From the NCBI RefSeq assembly GCF_006345805.1, contig NC_042997.1, positions 84,692,001-84,756,000 on the forward strand: a stretch of 64,000 nucleotides of DNA, given 5' to 3'. The DNA comes from Octopus sinensis. Its lineage: Eukaryota. The position numbers and the translations under genes are program-made. Of this stretch, positions 1-14,182 are shown piece after piece (the first letter of the stretch is position 1; each line of letters opens with the position of its first letter). Under the pieces are notes generated by a model. It searched no databases. It was not told the origin of the DNA and was given only the letters and a program-made list of their open reading frames with translations.

Positions 1-2427
1 ATTTACATATTCTTATATACGTAGATCTGAGCAAGTGTCCACCCTTCTCTTGTAACCACTTTATGAATACAATGACTGTTAAATATGTTATTTTGTCTTA
101 CCTAGTGATATTAATTTTTCTGCCATCTTTGTTTTAATTGACCCTGTGATGGTCAGGTTTACATTTGGTATTTGTTGGTATTGAAAATATACTTTCTTAA
201 AATAGCTTGTCTGTTGGATTTAAAATGTTACGTTTACATTCCGGTTATTTTCCCTCCATATTTAATGCCAATATATTCTACGTTTCGTTTCAACTTGAAG
301 AGGGTATATAAGAAACGTGCAGTTGGTTCTTAAGGGCAAAGACGAGGCGAGGAAACCAACAGAGCTGCACACCTAACCTCAGGTTATTATCATAATACAG
401 AAGTGTCATGTCCATAGATACTGTAACTAACCTCAACCCTTGTCTTTTTTTTACGATACAGTACGGGAAGATGGTACTCAACGCAGAGGCATGAAGCAAC
501 GGAAATGTGGTCAGGTGAGGTTTGACCACGGATCTCTAGGTCCTGATGGCTGCCAAAGCTATTTATTGAGGGCGTGAAGAAAGTGTCGACCAGACGGATG
601 GAGGAGAACAGAAGGCTCGATTGATGTATATATATGACAGTAAAGTTTTACTGACGATAAACATAAAGCCTTGAATGAAAACACGAGAAATACTGTGATG
701 ACTGAAGAGATCAGTGACAAATTATATTAAACAGTAAATAATAGGCTATTAATGAAACTCATACCAAAACAGCCAAACGATTATTAACAGGGAAAATTTA
801 GCTGCTTAAAGCATGCTGGAGATTCCTTGACTTGGTCCAAACTGATGTTGCGCACGGACAATTGAATATTTGTGGCCAGTAAAAATAAGATTTTTCTGTT
901 ATCATTTTCGTCAATGATTCAGGGTGGTGGATTGACAAAACTTGGTTTACTGTATTTGTTCCGGATCTTTGCGCACTGAGTTCAAATACTCACCCAGGAA
1001 ATCAATTTCGCCTTCTGTTATTTCGGGATCGATGAACATGAATTACCAGTTAAATACTAGGGTCGACGGCTTCGGAAAATCTCTCCCACTCAAATTGCTG
1101 ACCTTGTGCCTAAATTAGAAGCAGCAATTATCATCAGTGTTATTGTTGTTATTGTCCCTATTCTTGTTGTTGCTATTCGGCACCATGTCAACCTTGGTTT
1201 TGCAAATCTAAGAATTAATATATTCAAGCTGTAACCATTTCACCAGTTTTTGAAGTATAATATATCTAGGGTTACGTCATCCTGGATATGTTTCCTTCTA
1301 TTTGAAGAGGTTAAGGATGAGGGAGATTTGGTTGCTATTTCCATCAGTAGAGTGGCTACATAAACTATTTCCATCAGTACAGTGTCCACCTGTCTTTTGG
1401 TAATGATATTTGTATTGCTGGTGGTGGTTGTGGTGGACTTCGCCTTTAGCTATTGTTGTTGGTATTGTTGTTGTTATTATTGTTGATAGTAGTAGTAGTA
1501 GTGGGGCTTAGTTTTTTCGTGAGTGTGGGGAGGACCCAGAATATTCATCGTCTGGTAGGAAGTTATTTATTCTTCTTTTTGTTATTTATTTTACCTTCCG
1601 TTGAGAGGTTTAAATCTTTCAGTGGTTACAATCTTGTATTGATTAAATATTGACTAGACAGTAGACATTCGGCAGTATGCAAAGATTTAAATATGGCTTT
1701 CCGATGTGGTTATGCAATGATAAACGAAGGAAACAACTAGCTATGAAAGCTTAGCGATAACATTTATTTTTCTATGAGAAAGTCGATTATCCGAGTTGAA
1801 TATTTTATTTTTATTTAATCCTTTTCGGTAATCTGTCGCCACTTCTATTCAGAGTGCTGGCATCAATATAATCTATATGGTTATCAGTTTTATAATATTT
1901 CATTCTATTAAGATGGCGACCATAAATGCAAGCTGGAATGATATGATATGTATATGTGAGGCGTGTATATTTTTATGTTTGTATGTGTATGTGTGTTTGT
2001 GTGGGTTGTCTGCATGAACATCTTTGTATGTATGTAGAAAGGCGGACTAATTGTCGATATCCATACATTAAATTTAGCCAGTCTCAACAATTAGAAAATA
2101 CGTCATCTGCAGTAGGGACAAAGGATGTGATAACTACAAGTAAGAATAACATCAGCAATAATAACGTTTAAAACAATTTTGAACTGTACTGGGAATCGTA
2201 TAGGCCCCAGTATTTTACTGGTACTTATTTAATCGGTTATGAAAAGATTAATAATATAGATTGAAAATTGTAAAAACAAAATAATTATTTACATTATTTA
2301 CATTTGACGGATATTTATCCTCATCTTGTTTGTTGCTAACACGTTTTGGCTGATATACCCTCCAGCCTTCAGTAGGTATCTTGGGGAAATTTCGAACCTA
2401 GGTCCTCATTTCTAAGGTATTTTTCGA

Positions 2428-2428
<1 letters not shown>

Positions 2429-2508
<80 letters not shown>

Positions 2509-2510
2509 CA

Positions 2511-2555
<45 letters not shown>

Positions 2556-2608
2556 TATTATTATATTATTATTATTATCATCATTATTATATTATTATAT
2601 TATTATTA

Positions 2609-2646
<38 letters not shown>

Positions 2647-2745
2647 CATCATCATCATCATTATTATTATTATTATTATCATCATCATCATCATCATATT
2701 ATTATTATTATTATATTATTATTATTATTATTATTATTATTATCA

Positions 2746-2807
<62 letters not shown>
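2429..2807. repeat. (ATT)n/(ATC)n microsatellite; 3' tail/target of the Dong element
   Basis: Direct reading of the sequence. Confidence 0.97.
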
Positions 2808-2810
<3 letters not shown>

Positions 2811-4231
2811 TCGTTTTATTTTTATAGCGTGCTTTCACTTCACTACCGAGCGCAGCTCTGTGTGCCTTGGGTATGTGCTGTGATTTGTTGTGATGCTCTG
2901 ATGGTTATTGTATGGAAAGTGTTCTGCGTAGGATGTGTGCAGTGCCCAGTAGTGCAATTTTCTGTATGTTATATGTGTTTGTAAGTCCTGGTGTTTTTGT
3001 TATGTATTTGTCTGAATATTTTTTATCATACCTAATGCATCTAATATGATAGGAATTGTTTCTGTTTTTAGATTCCACATTCTGGTTACCTCTATTTCCA
3101 GGTCTTTGTATTTTGAAAGTTTCTCCATTTCTTTTAGAGACGCGTTGTCATCTGCCGGTATTGATACATCAATTAGAAAGCATTTTTTTTCTTCATGATC
3201 TCTGACAACTATATCTGGTCTGTTGGACTTAATTTCTCTATCTGTGTGTATCGGCATATCCCAGAGTATGGTTGCTTTCTCGTTTTCTGTGACCTTTTCT
3301 GGTGTGTGCCTATACCATCTTTTTTCTGTTGTTATTTCATAATGTTGGCATAGCTTCCAGTGTATGTAGGTTCCAACTCTGTCATGTCTGTGAATATATT
3401 CCTTCTTAGCCAGGACTGGGCAGCCAGAGATAATATGATTTATTGTTTCTTGTCCATCTCCACATATTCTGCAATTACTTGTTATATTTCTTTTCATTAC
3501 ATGTTTTTGGTAATTTCTGGTGGGGAGGCTTTGGTCTTGTGCTGCAATTAAAAATCCCTCTGTCTCTGCTTTGAGTCCTGAGCTTCTCAAACATTGCTGG
3601 GGTTTTTCTTTGTCAATTTATTTTGCATTTAGTTTAGTCCAGTATTTACCATGAAGGGGCTTTTCTAGCCATCGTTTTATCATGGTTCTTTGCTGTTCTA
3701 GTTTTAGTTTGGATTTCATCTGTTTTATAGCTTTTGTTGTTTCTTCATCTTCTTCTTCTTCTTCATATTTTTTAGGTGGTATGATTTCTTGTTTGTATTT
3801 GTCAGCTTCCTTAAATACTGAGAACAGATTTTGTTTTGCTCGTGTTTTGCCGCTATTTGTATCAGTTTTCCTTCCTTCTGAAGTAGATATTTTTGCAGTC
3901 CTATGGTGGTTATTTTATAGTAGTTTTCCAGCTGTATAAGGCTTCTACCACCTTCTATACGTTGCATATATAGTTTTTCTATGTCAGATTTTGGGTGATG
4001 CATCCTAGATCCTGTCATTATTTTTCTTGTTTTCCTATCTATTTTGGTCAGTTCATTTAGTGTCCAGTTAAGGATATTGTAGCTGTAACTTATAACAGGA
4101 ACAGCTAAAGTGTTAATACTTATTATCTTGCTTTTAGCATTGAGCTCTGTTTTTAGTATTGATCTAACTCGTCTATAATATTCTTTTTCTATTTTCTCTT
4201 TCATTTGTGTGTGTTGTGTCTTATCTAGTTC
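2808..4231 (-). mobile_element. 5'-truncated R4/Dong-clade non-LTR retrotransposon (RT thumb, CCHC finger, restriction-like endonuclease), frameshifted
   Basis: ORFs 3725-4204 (KEYYRRVRSILKTELN, LYMQRIEGGRSL) and 3000-3590 (CRICGDGQETINHIISGC, RHDRV, NRPDIVVRD, IDVSIP, EKLSKYKDL); continues as QKIALLGTAHILRRTL, then a short 3' UTR and (AAT)n. Confidence 0.92.
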
Positions 4232-4276
4232 ATAATAATAATAATAATAATAGTAATAATAATAATAATAATAATA

Positions 4277-4311
<35 letters not shown>
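4232..4311. repeat. (TAA)n immediately followed by (TTA)n: palindromic microsatellite
   Basis: ataataata...aataattattattatt seen directly. Confidence 0.95.
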
Positions 4312-4312
<1 letters not shown>

Positions 4313-4387
4313 CAGGTCACTGTCTGGAATCGAACTCGGTATCTTATGGTTAGTAGCCTGCGCTCTTAACCACTAAGCCATACGCCC
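4313..4387 (-). mobile_element. tRNA-derived SINE-like head (not a functional tRNA)
   Basis: Minus strand GGGCGTATGGCTTAGTGGTTAAGAGC...GAGTTCGATTCCAG; A box TGGCTTAGTGG, B box GAGTTCGATTCC; no proper acceptor stem. Confidence 0.75.
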
Positions 4388-4390
4388 CAA

Positions 4391-4433
4391 GACAGCTGAT
4401 GACGACTGGAGGGTATATCAGCCAAAACGTGTT
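4391..4433 (+). ncRNA. Degenerate type I hammerhead-like motif (likely inactive)
   Basis: GACAG CTGATGA CGACTG-GAGGGTATAT-CAGCC AAAAC GTGTT; GAAA is mutated to AAAA; the mirror copy at 2338-2380 supplies the intact AGGCTG stem II arm. Confidence 0.5.
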
Positions 4434-4471
4434 AACAACAAACAAGATGAGGACAAATAGCTGTCAAATGT

Positions 4472-4503
<32 letters not shown>

Positions 4504-4507
<4 letters not shown>

Positions 4508-4642
4508 AAATCTACTCACAAGGCTCTGTACGGCCCGACGCTATAGTAGAAGAAACTTAACCAAGGGGCCACGCAGTGGGAGTGAACCCGGAATCATGTG
4601 GTTGGGAAGCAAGGTTCTTACCACACACCCATTCCTGCGCCT
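4504..4642 (-). mobile_element. SINE family B (tRNA head + CORE-like domain; OR2-like), 5' half
   Basis: Matches the head and core of the full-length copy at 60505-60917. Confidence 0.85.
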
Positions 4643-4869
4643 ATATATATACTCCACTCAAATCAACGCCTCTTCCTTTTTACTTTCTTTATATTCCTCT
4701 CCTTCATTACAGGAGTGGAAGAGAAATACATATAACAGGAGTGCTGGTATTTTGAGTGGAGGTTGAAATATAAAAATACACAAATTGCTGATCCTCTCAT
4801 TAGGAAATAGCCACAGATTTCTAAAGAAAAATTATAAACCATTGAAAACACGACAGTATATTTGTGGTC

Positions 4870-5800
4870 ATCATGTACCGTACGTCTCCAGCACATTGAT
4901 GACACAACAACAAAAGTCTTCCTGATTAAGTGTGATTTCGCCAGCTCCTTACCACATTTGTCCAATCAGTTTTTTATATTGTCTATTCATTGCATTCTTT
5001 GCCTGATCCTTTACTATCCCTCTACTCTTCCCTCTATGATAATGTTTTCTAAACCTCTGCATCTTCGATTATGGCCGTATTAGATGAGCTTTTGTTTTTC
5101 CACAATACTCAGGAGTTGTTTTTCACCTACTAGTTGTAACACCCACTAATTTATCCAACTATCCTTGTAAGATACTAGTAACATTTCCCTATACACCCAC
5201 ATTTCAAAAGCATTGATTATATTCTCTTCAAATTTGTTCAGAATACATGCTTCGCAACCGCAAACGCCTATTGGCCACATGAGTGCTCGTACTAGTCTTT
5301 TTATGTTTGTTTACTTAATTGGAACACTTTTGCTCCTCCATATGTTACTAAGCTTTTCCATAGACGTTCTTTCTATGGCTACTCGTGTCCTAATTTCTTT
5401 CGTACGTGTGATTTTATCAGAGATTTGAGCTCTAAGATACTTCTACAATTCAACCTGTTCGAGCCCTCCACTATTAATTTGATGTAAACATTTACTTTTT
5501 TTCCCCTACTATAATGACTTTTGTTTTCTTATGGTTGAGATAAAGACCATGCGTATTTGATATTTTCTCGACTCTATCATTCCTTTTAGTCCAGCTCCAG
5601 TCTTGGGGAGCAGAACAGTATCGTCTGCATACCTTAGATTAGAAATATGTAAGTCAAATATGATGCCATCTTCTTCCTGTATTGCTTCTCGCATTATTCA
5701 CTCAATATAGACTTTGAACAAGTATGGAGAAAGAATACAGCCCCGATGGACTCCTTTTCTATTTTTTAACTTTCTGCACTCTCATTATTTAGGACTTTTG
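4870..5800 (-). mobile_element. Decayed RTE-clade LINE, RT domain to 3' region
   Basis: RKGVHRGCILSPYLFKVYIE*IMREA, ISNLRYADDTVLL, downstream GLENIIIEGRVEG; stops and frameshifts. Confidence 0.85.
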
Positions 5801-6608
5801 TTGAATATAAAGCTGGAACTTATTTTATCGAATCATAATGAATAACAGGTGTAATTAATTATAGAAAAGTTAGTTCAGTGCTATACACTTGTTAAATCAG
5901 TGTTATATTACTTGCATATGTAATTAATAATTTATATATCCTTAGATCCTTAAAAATGTTTTAGCCCGACCAGAATCAGATCATTCATTAACCCTTTTCC
6001 TGTCAATATCATTTCCATAAGTTTGCCTTAAATGTCTGTGCTTGCTTTCAGACTTATAGTTGGCCCTTGTTTCATAAGTCTTAAGTAATTTAAAACTTTA
6101 AAGCCCCAAGTTCAGTAGGTGGCTGAAAGAAGGCTAAAAAAGATTAAGAATGTGTTTCATATATGATACATGGACACTAGGGAAATATGTGATACGTATA
6201 TAATGCACAGGACAGACAAAGGTTTAAGAAACATCACTCCTTGCCGTACGTTTTTCACTGAATAAACGATTTCACTTGAATCGTCAACATATTTCATCCT
6301 GTTACTGTTCCATCATTTTTCTAATCTCCACTCCTTCAATTTCTATCTACTACTGTCAATTACATGCACATGCGTTTACCATCACCCAAACAAAAACATA
6401 ATATTTACATACATCTATACCACTCAAATTAGAGTCTCGCTCTTCTGTCTCACTTATCTCACTTTTATCTCATTTATATACCTCTCTCTCTCCGTCCTAC
6501 ACAGGCCCTTCTTTCATATACTTTTCTTCTCTGTTCAAATACGGACTCACATTTTCTTTACACTGCAATAATCCACTCAACTATAGTGATGCACACACAC
6601 AGACACAC

Positions 6609-6641
<33 letters not shown>

Positions 6642-6646
6642 GTATA

Positions 6647-6792
6647 TGGCTGTGTGGTAAATAGCTTCCTTGCCAACCATATGGTCCAGGGTTCAATCCC
6701 GCTGCATGGCATCTTCAGCAAGCTTCTACTACAGCTGATGAAAGCCTTCTGAGTAGATTTGGTAGACAGAAATTGAAAGAAGTCCGTCGTTT
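6647..6792 (+). mobile_element. SINE family B, 5' half
   Basis: TGGCTGTGTGGTAA...GGGTTCAATCCC...GATTTGGTAGACAGAAATTGAAAGAAG. Confidence 0.85.
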
Positions 6793-6819
6793 ATATATAT
6801 ACATATACATATACATACA

Positions 6820-7110
<291 letters not shown>

Positions 7111-7585
7111 ATCAAAACAGTTTGACTCAAATTCGTAGGTAGTTTTGAATTTCGTGTGTGATGTAGTTGTCAGCCATTTTGAATTTGAATTACAGAAATT
7201 GATTATTATTGCCGTTAGGTGGGCTGCGGTTGATTGAGGCAGGTCATGCGGTATTGTGGGTTTTTTTTTATTGGTATGTAGGTAACAGTTGGAAAATAAC
7301 GTAGGGTGAACGAGAAATTGACCACGTGGAGGACAAGAAATAGACTACGTGGCGGATAGGAAACCGGTGAGGTTGTTGGTGGGGAATTATACGTGCATAG
7401 ACGCGCTCATGTGGTTTTGCGTGCATGTATGTATTGATGGGAGAGTGCGCAACTGTACATGGGTGCGCACGTGTATGTCTGCACACACACACATGTGGAC
7501 GAATACGCATGCGATCACACGCACATACAGACACTCGCATGTGTGCGTATTTGTGTGTATATCTGTGCGTGTTCATCCAAGTGTA

Positions 7586-7671
<86 letters not shown>

Positions 7672-7684
7672 CTCAGTAATTAAC

Positions 7685-7805
7685 AAAATTAAGTACTCGA
7701 GTCGATTCATTCTACTAAAAATTCTTCGAGGCACTGCCTCAATATGGCGGCAGTCTTATGACTGAAACAAGTAAAAGATAAAAGGTAAGGATAAAAGCTA
7801 TAAAT

Positions 7806-7839
<34 letters not shown>

Positions 7840-8100
7840 GTATAGGGCTATTATAGCCTCGCGTCACCCAAAGCCTTGTGAGTGGATTTGGTAGACAGAA
7901 GCTGTGTGTGTGTCTGTGTTTTGCTCCCGCCATCGCTTGACAATCGATGCTGGTGTGTTTATATCCCCGTTACTTAGCAGTTCGAGAAAAGGATGCGACG
8001 GAACAAGTCTTGGTGTTGATTTCTTCGGCTAAAACTCTTGAAGACAGTCTTCCAGCATGGCCGCACTCAAATACGTGACACAAGTAAAAGTAAAAGAATA
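7685..8100. mobile_element. Two SINE family B pieces in opposite orientation (minus 3' tail ~7685-7800; plus 5'-truncated copy ~7850-8100) around (CA)n
   Basis: GACTGAAACAAGTAAAAG in the first piece; CATCGCTTGACAATCGATGCTGGTGTG...GCATGGCCGCA in the second. Confidence 0.75.
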
Positions 8101-8278
8101 TATATACTCCACACACACACAAACACACACACACATACATGTATAAATACACATGTGTGTGTATATGTATAACGAGTGTGAGAGAAAGTGGGAGAGGGAG
8201 AAATAAACAGATATACACGCATATATATATGCATACATATATGTGCGTGTGGTGTGTATGTGTGTGTATATATATATA

Positions 8279-8324
<46 letters not shown>

Positions 8325-8776
8325 GTATATATACATATATGTATGTATACGTACGTACATATCGAATATTCACCTCTTCACCTTCTTCCTCCTTTTATTT
8401 CTACTTCTCCTATTTATATCTTTCCTCAAAACTATCAGAATTGCCAATGTGCAGGGAAACCATTCTCTGTCAGCTGAAAACTACATAATATAAAGAATTG
8501 GATGGATTCTTCAGTCAAAGATCGATATGGCTATCTCCATTCCTTTCAATGCGCTTCATAGATTCCCTTGCTTGAATTTGTGAAATCGCCTTTTGAATTT
8601 TAATATATTTGAAATTTTTCTTTTTCAATTTTCATTCCGTATTATTACAGTTTTCTTAATCTCATTATATATTACAGTCATAGACTTTATATTCGCTACA
8701 GTAATTTAAAAAAAACCTTTTATGTTTTGGAGTATGTGTATATGTGAGATTGTGTGCACAAACACATATTACATAC

Positions 8777-8878
<102 letters not shown>

Positions 8879-8895
8879 TATATGTATATATATAC

Positions 8896-8935
<40 letters not shown>

Positions 8936-9275
8936 ATCAATATATGTGTGTGTGTCTGTGCGTGTGTATATTTATCTGTATGTATGTGCGAAAAAATTGG
9001 TATATATATATATATATTTGCATATATGTGAATGTGTGTATATGTACATCCATAAACACATAATACATGTGTGCTTGTGTATATAGATGTAGGCATATAT
9101 ATATATATAATATATATATATATAGGGAGAAAGATAGATAGAGAGAGAGAAACAGGGGAATGACGGTGGGAGGAGATAGACAAACAGACAGATAGGCAAA
9201 GAGACAGCCAGACAGAAAGACCGACAAACAGATAGATAGGCAGGCAGGCACGCAGACGGACAGATAGACAGACAT

Positions 9276-9326
<51 letters not shown>

Positions 9327-9443
9327 TGTATCCGTGTATAAATATACGTTTACAATATCTTCACAATATCATAATGAGGAAATATTTGCATGCATCTGTA
9401 TGTGTATGTCTGCTTGTACGGATTTGTGAACCATACACACGCA

Positions 9444-9522
<79 letters not shown>

Positions 9523-9777
9523 AGTCACAAACACACACAAGCACACGTATACATAAACACAATACATACATATATATGTGTGTGTGCGTGTGTGTGTGAA
9601 AGCAATATTTGCACCGATACATCAGACGTATGCGTCTATACATCTATTCCTTTGTATCTTCTTGCCTCTCTCTATCTGTCTGTCTTCCTGTCTATTTATC
9701 TATCTATCTATCCATCTATCTATCGATCTATCGACCTATCTATCAATCTATCCATCTATCTGTCTGTCTGTCTAACT

Positions 9778-9858
<81 letters not shown>

Positions 9859-9970
9859 GAATATGTACACACACATAAATCTCTCTGCCTCTCTCTCTCT
9901 CTCTCTCTTCATATATATATATGCATATATGTATATATATATATAGAGAGAGAAGGAAAGATAGAGAGAC

Positions 9971-10069
<99 letters not shown>

Positions 10070-10484
10070 TGATAGATAGATAGATATAGATAGATAGATA
10101 GGTAGATAGATGCCTCACTACATTACTGGAATTAATTAAAAGAGAATTGCCTCCACAATTCCCCTGGCCCTCACTAACGTTGTAGACGCTTTAAAATAAA
10201 GGTAAAAAGAAGAAAAACGAAAAGATTCAAGTAATTTATTGAAGTCAACTTTTCTGATGCAAATGTGCAGTAACTAGATCACATAATGCATGATTTAAGT
10301 TATCAATTCAAATAGCAGCCGGGGTAAAGGGATTCCGTTGTAAAGAAGTCTCATTTCTTGTCTCTAAAGAAAGAAGAATAACAATTTTAACCCAATAATA
10401 CTGAAAACTTTTCCAATGTTTCAATACATTTATATGTTGATGATAGACAGAGATATGTCTTATACTTTTGGAGGGAATATATGT

Positions 10485-10830
<346 letters not shown>

Positions 10831-10834
10831 TTTA

Positions 10835-11620
10835 TCACCAGGCCTGGAGACAACCTTGCCCAGAAGCGGTTACTCCTTCTGACTACATGTAGTCCCTGGG
10901 TGAACTGTTAGTAGATATTGGTGGGAAGGGTGTCTTCCAATTTTGTCATCTTCTGCAGATAGAGGTGCAGTGACTTCGTGCACAAGTTACGGCTGGAGTC
11001 AGCTAAGCACGTAAGCATGGCTTGCAACGTCTCCAGGTGGCGGGACCAATCTCCGACTCGTTCTGATCGTATGAATTACCTCACGATGTCTATCCTCTCC
11101 ATGTGTTGCAGCCACAGACGTGCAGTACGGCAGCTCAATCCCAACACATCTCAAGTTTCTATTGTAGATCCTCTAGGTACAAAGATGGTTCTACATCACT
11201 GACGTGATTTCACCAGAGTGGAGATCATCATAGAGGTTCCCTGTTGTCTCCAATTCCAGTGGTACACTGTCATTAGATAAAGACAACTTGATCCCCAGCA
11301 GGCTACTTAAGAGAAGTGCACGAAGGACGGAATCTATAAGGAGATGACAGCGAATGGTACGAGCAACTGCGTTTCCAGTGAGTATATGGGTAATAGTGCT
11401 CCCATCGAAGATCACTTCCAAGATTTCTTGAAGACCTGTTCCTCTCATAAAGTGCCCAATGCTACCCAGAAAGCTCATTAGTGTGTGAAATCACCTAAGT
11501 CTTAAAATAATCCAAAAGTTCTCCCGTGAACTTATATTGTTCCACTCAAAAGATTTTGCGGGACTTTTAGTATATTATGAAGGGTAGCCTACTGAACAAA
11601 TCCCAACAGGTTTCGTATCT
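10835..11620 (-). pseudogene. Decayed DNA-transposase fragment, most like Academ (AcademX-type) proteins
   Basis: IILRLR*FHTLMSFLGSIGHFMRGTGLQEILE...GNAVARTIRCHLLIDS, then after a frameshift SCRTARLWLQHMERIDIVR*FIRSERVGDWSRHL...GLHVVRRSNRFWARLSPGLVI; the family name is from recall, not a search. Confidence 0.7.
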
Positions 11621-12621
11621 GTTGCTATAAGTGGTAGGTTCTTGGAAATATTAGCTAATTCGAATGAACTATATGTACCTGTTGGTTAATACTGGTGCAA
11701 CGAGATCAATTTCAATGTTTTTTTTTTCCGACGAGGCCGAGCAAATGACATGAGGTAAAAATACGTCGACTAAATGAAGTATAACCTGTTAGGATTTAAT
11801 AACGTCTGATTAATGGAGGCTCACCTTAAAAATGAATGGATTTAAGCAGCAGCAACAACAATTACAACAACAATAACAACAGCAATAACAACAGGAACAA
11901 TGTTAACAACGACTTGATAAAGATTTTACATTGTGCTCATGCAAGAAGACAATATTTTATCATGACATCATATATCGTTAATAAGGGACAAAACAGGACC
12001 TCCGTCTTGGGTTGTTGTTTTTTTAAATAAATTTCTGTATGTATGCATGATCACAACATATATAAGTACAGAATTATAAGGATTTTGTTATTTTAGCCCT
12101 AGGTTATTTTAGACAAGTTATCTTTAAGATTTTTCTCAGAAATAGAAAAAAGTTGTTTTTATAAACATTATAGTTTCTATATGAAATGGAGAAATTGGTT
12201 GGTTACAATGATGCTTTTTCCAAAGACAAAAGGTACCAACAAAGTAACTTCTATGCGGCCGCACGATTTGCTAAGGAACAGCAGTAATCAAATCTCTTTA
12301 TAACACAGTATTTTTCTTTTAGAAACGACATATTCGACGATGTAGTCAGGGATACACCATTCTTGGAGTCAAGACGGGATACTTATAAGTTTGCTCCATC
12401 AGCACTTGTATGCATGTTCAAAAGCAGGAACATCATCAGACTTAATACAACAATCATAGTTAATAGCAATCTCAAAACAAGAAAATAATTCCTTACTCTA
12501 CGAAGGTAGCCCTCCTTGAATCAACAATCATTTCGAAATATCGTATTTTATCTTATGAGGGTCATTTTGTCAATAAAAGACTGATTACATTTCTCTTCCT
12601 TTTATTATCAATGGTCACTCT

Positions 12622-12840
12622 AAAGTGGCGAGCTGGCCGAATCGTTTGCATCACCAGACAAACGCTTAGCGGCGTTTCTTCCGACTTTATTTTATGAGCA
12701 CAAAATCCGTCGAGGTTGATTTTTGCTTTTCATCCGTTCTGGATCGATGAAATAAGTACCAGTGGAGCACAGGAGGTCGATGTAATCAACCAGCGCCTTC
12801 CCCAAACTTTCAGATAATGTGCCTGTAGCAGAAAGGATCA
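12622..12840 (+). mobile_element. SINE family A (split tRNA-like head + Deu/Nin-like domain), diverged
   Basis: GGCGAGCTGGCCGAATCG...TTTTCATCCGTTCTGGATCGATGAAATAAGTACCAG. Confidence 0.85.
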
Positions 12841-13560
12841 TTAACACTCAGCTTCTTTAACTAATTAACAATCATTGATCAGTCTATCAGCTGTTACATC
12901 AGGCCCCCTTCATTGCCATCTGTGATCTCATATTACACTATATTCACTTATATATTTTTATGCTTTGTTATTCGTTTTTTTTTCTTTTTTTTCTATCCTC
13001 CTGTTATGCTTATTTTATAGCAGAGCTATGAATCAATAACTTGACGAATTTTCAGATTTGAACTCTGTCCTACGAGTAATCGATTATACTCATGTATTGT
13101 TTACAGCAGTCACTTCTATCGCTGCACGGCACCTATTTATTGATTCAAGAGGGAAGTGTTACCCCTGGCACGACAGCAACAGATATACTTAAGACAAAAA
13201 AAATAACGAAGGTTCATTAGGGCGTGTAGATATAATAAAGAGAGAGAGAGAGGGGGGGAGGGGAAGAGGGCCAGCTAGTTATAAGTTAAATATAGATGAA
13301 AAAAAAACAATGAATTAGACATAGAAAGGTGCAGAGGATGTATAAGGAGAGAGCATTATATCTTGTTTGGCTAGAATCTAAAAATAGAGATAAGATTGCA
13401 TTGAAATTGTATCGCTTAATATTGTTTGTCTCTAATTCTGGTGAAGGTTGATGCTCGGCATTTTCTATTTCTGTTTCATATCTTAAAACATCTCTCTATG
13501 TCTTTATTTTATCTCTTTCTCACACCCTTAATTTTTTGCCCTTCTGTCACTTGCTCTCTT

Positions 13561-13645
<85 letters not shown>

Positions 13646-13684
13646 ATCCGTTTCTTTATATATATAGGAATACATATTCTTTTA

Positions 13685-13908
13685 TTCTTTTATCCTTTTA
13701 CTTCTTTCAGACATTTGACTGTGGCCATGCTGGACCACCGTCTTTTAGTCGGAGAAATCGACCCTTGGACTTATTCTTTATAAGTCTGGTGCTTATTCTA
13801 TCGGACCAATTTTTGCCGAACCGCTACGTTACGGGGATGTAAACATAGCAACATGGTTGTCAAGCGATGGTGGTGGTGGTGGTTGGGGACAAGCACAGAC
13901 AACAAACG
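13685..13908 (-). mobile_element. SINE family B, 3' half
   Basis: CATTTGACTGTGGCCATGCTGG...TTTTGCCGAACCGCTACGTTACGGGG. Confidence 0.88.
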
Positions 13909-13924
13909 GAAAATATGACATACC

Positions 13925-13956
<32 letters not shown>

Positions 13957-14182
13957 CATGCACACACACACTCACACACACACACACACATATCTATATA
14001 TAATTTAATATGTATATAATTATATATATAATTTGGTCGACAGACAGTACAAACGGAAAGTTGTCGGTTGGGGTCATAGGGAGTCCTGATGAATCCCATG
14101 ATATTTCGTATAAGTATACTGCATGTAACTAAGCTATCGGCGGTGGTTTCACTTGACGTTGTTATTATTAAAGTGGGCATTT

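Larger units (their letters stand above)
2297..4474. mobile_element. Non-autonomous repeat bounded by ~90-bp inverted repeats carrying a degenerate hammerhead-like motif; split by a Dong/R4 insertion
   Basis: 2297-2386 is the reverse complement of 4385-4474 (TTTACATTTGAC...CCTCATCTTGTTTGTTG...GGCTGATATACCCTCCAG...CTTGGGG); the interior holds an (ATT)n tract and a tRNA-like head. Confidence 0.75.

Noticed and set aside
2427-2984. 185-aa poly-L/I/Y ORF
   Set aside because: Translation of the (ATT)n microsatellite
4313-4387. Possible tRNA gene (also the SINE heads elsewhere)
   Set aside because: A and B boxes are present, but there is no paired acceptor stem and each is attached to a repeat body
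5988-6147. TTAA-CCCT...TTAA piggyBac-like MITE
   Set aside because: The right end matches poorly and there is no second copy in the window
13035-13195. ~46-codon open frame after a pyrimidine tract
   Set aside because: In-frame stop just upstream, no donor, no recognisable homology
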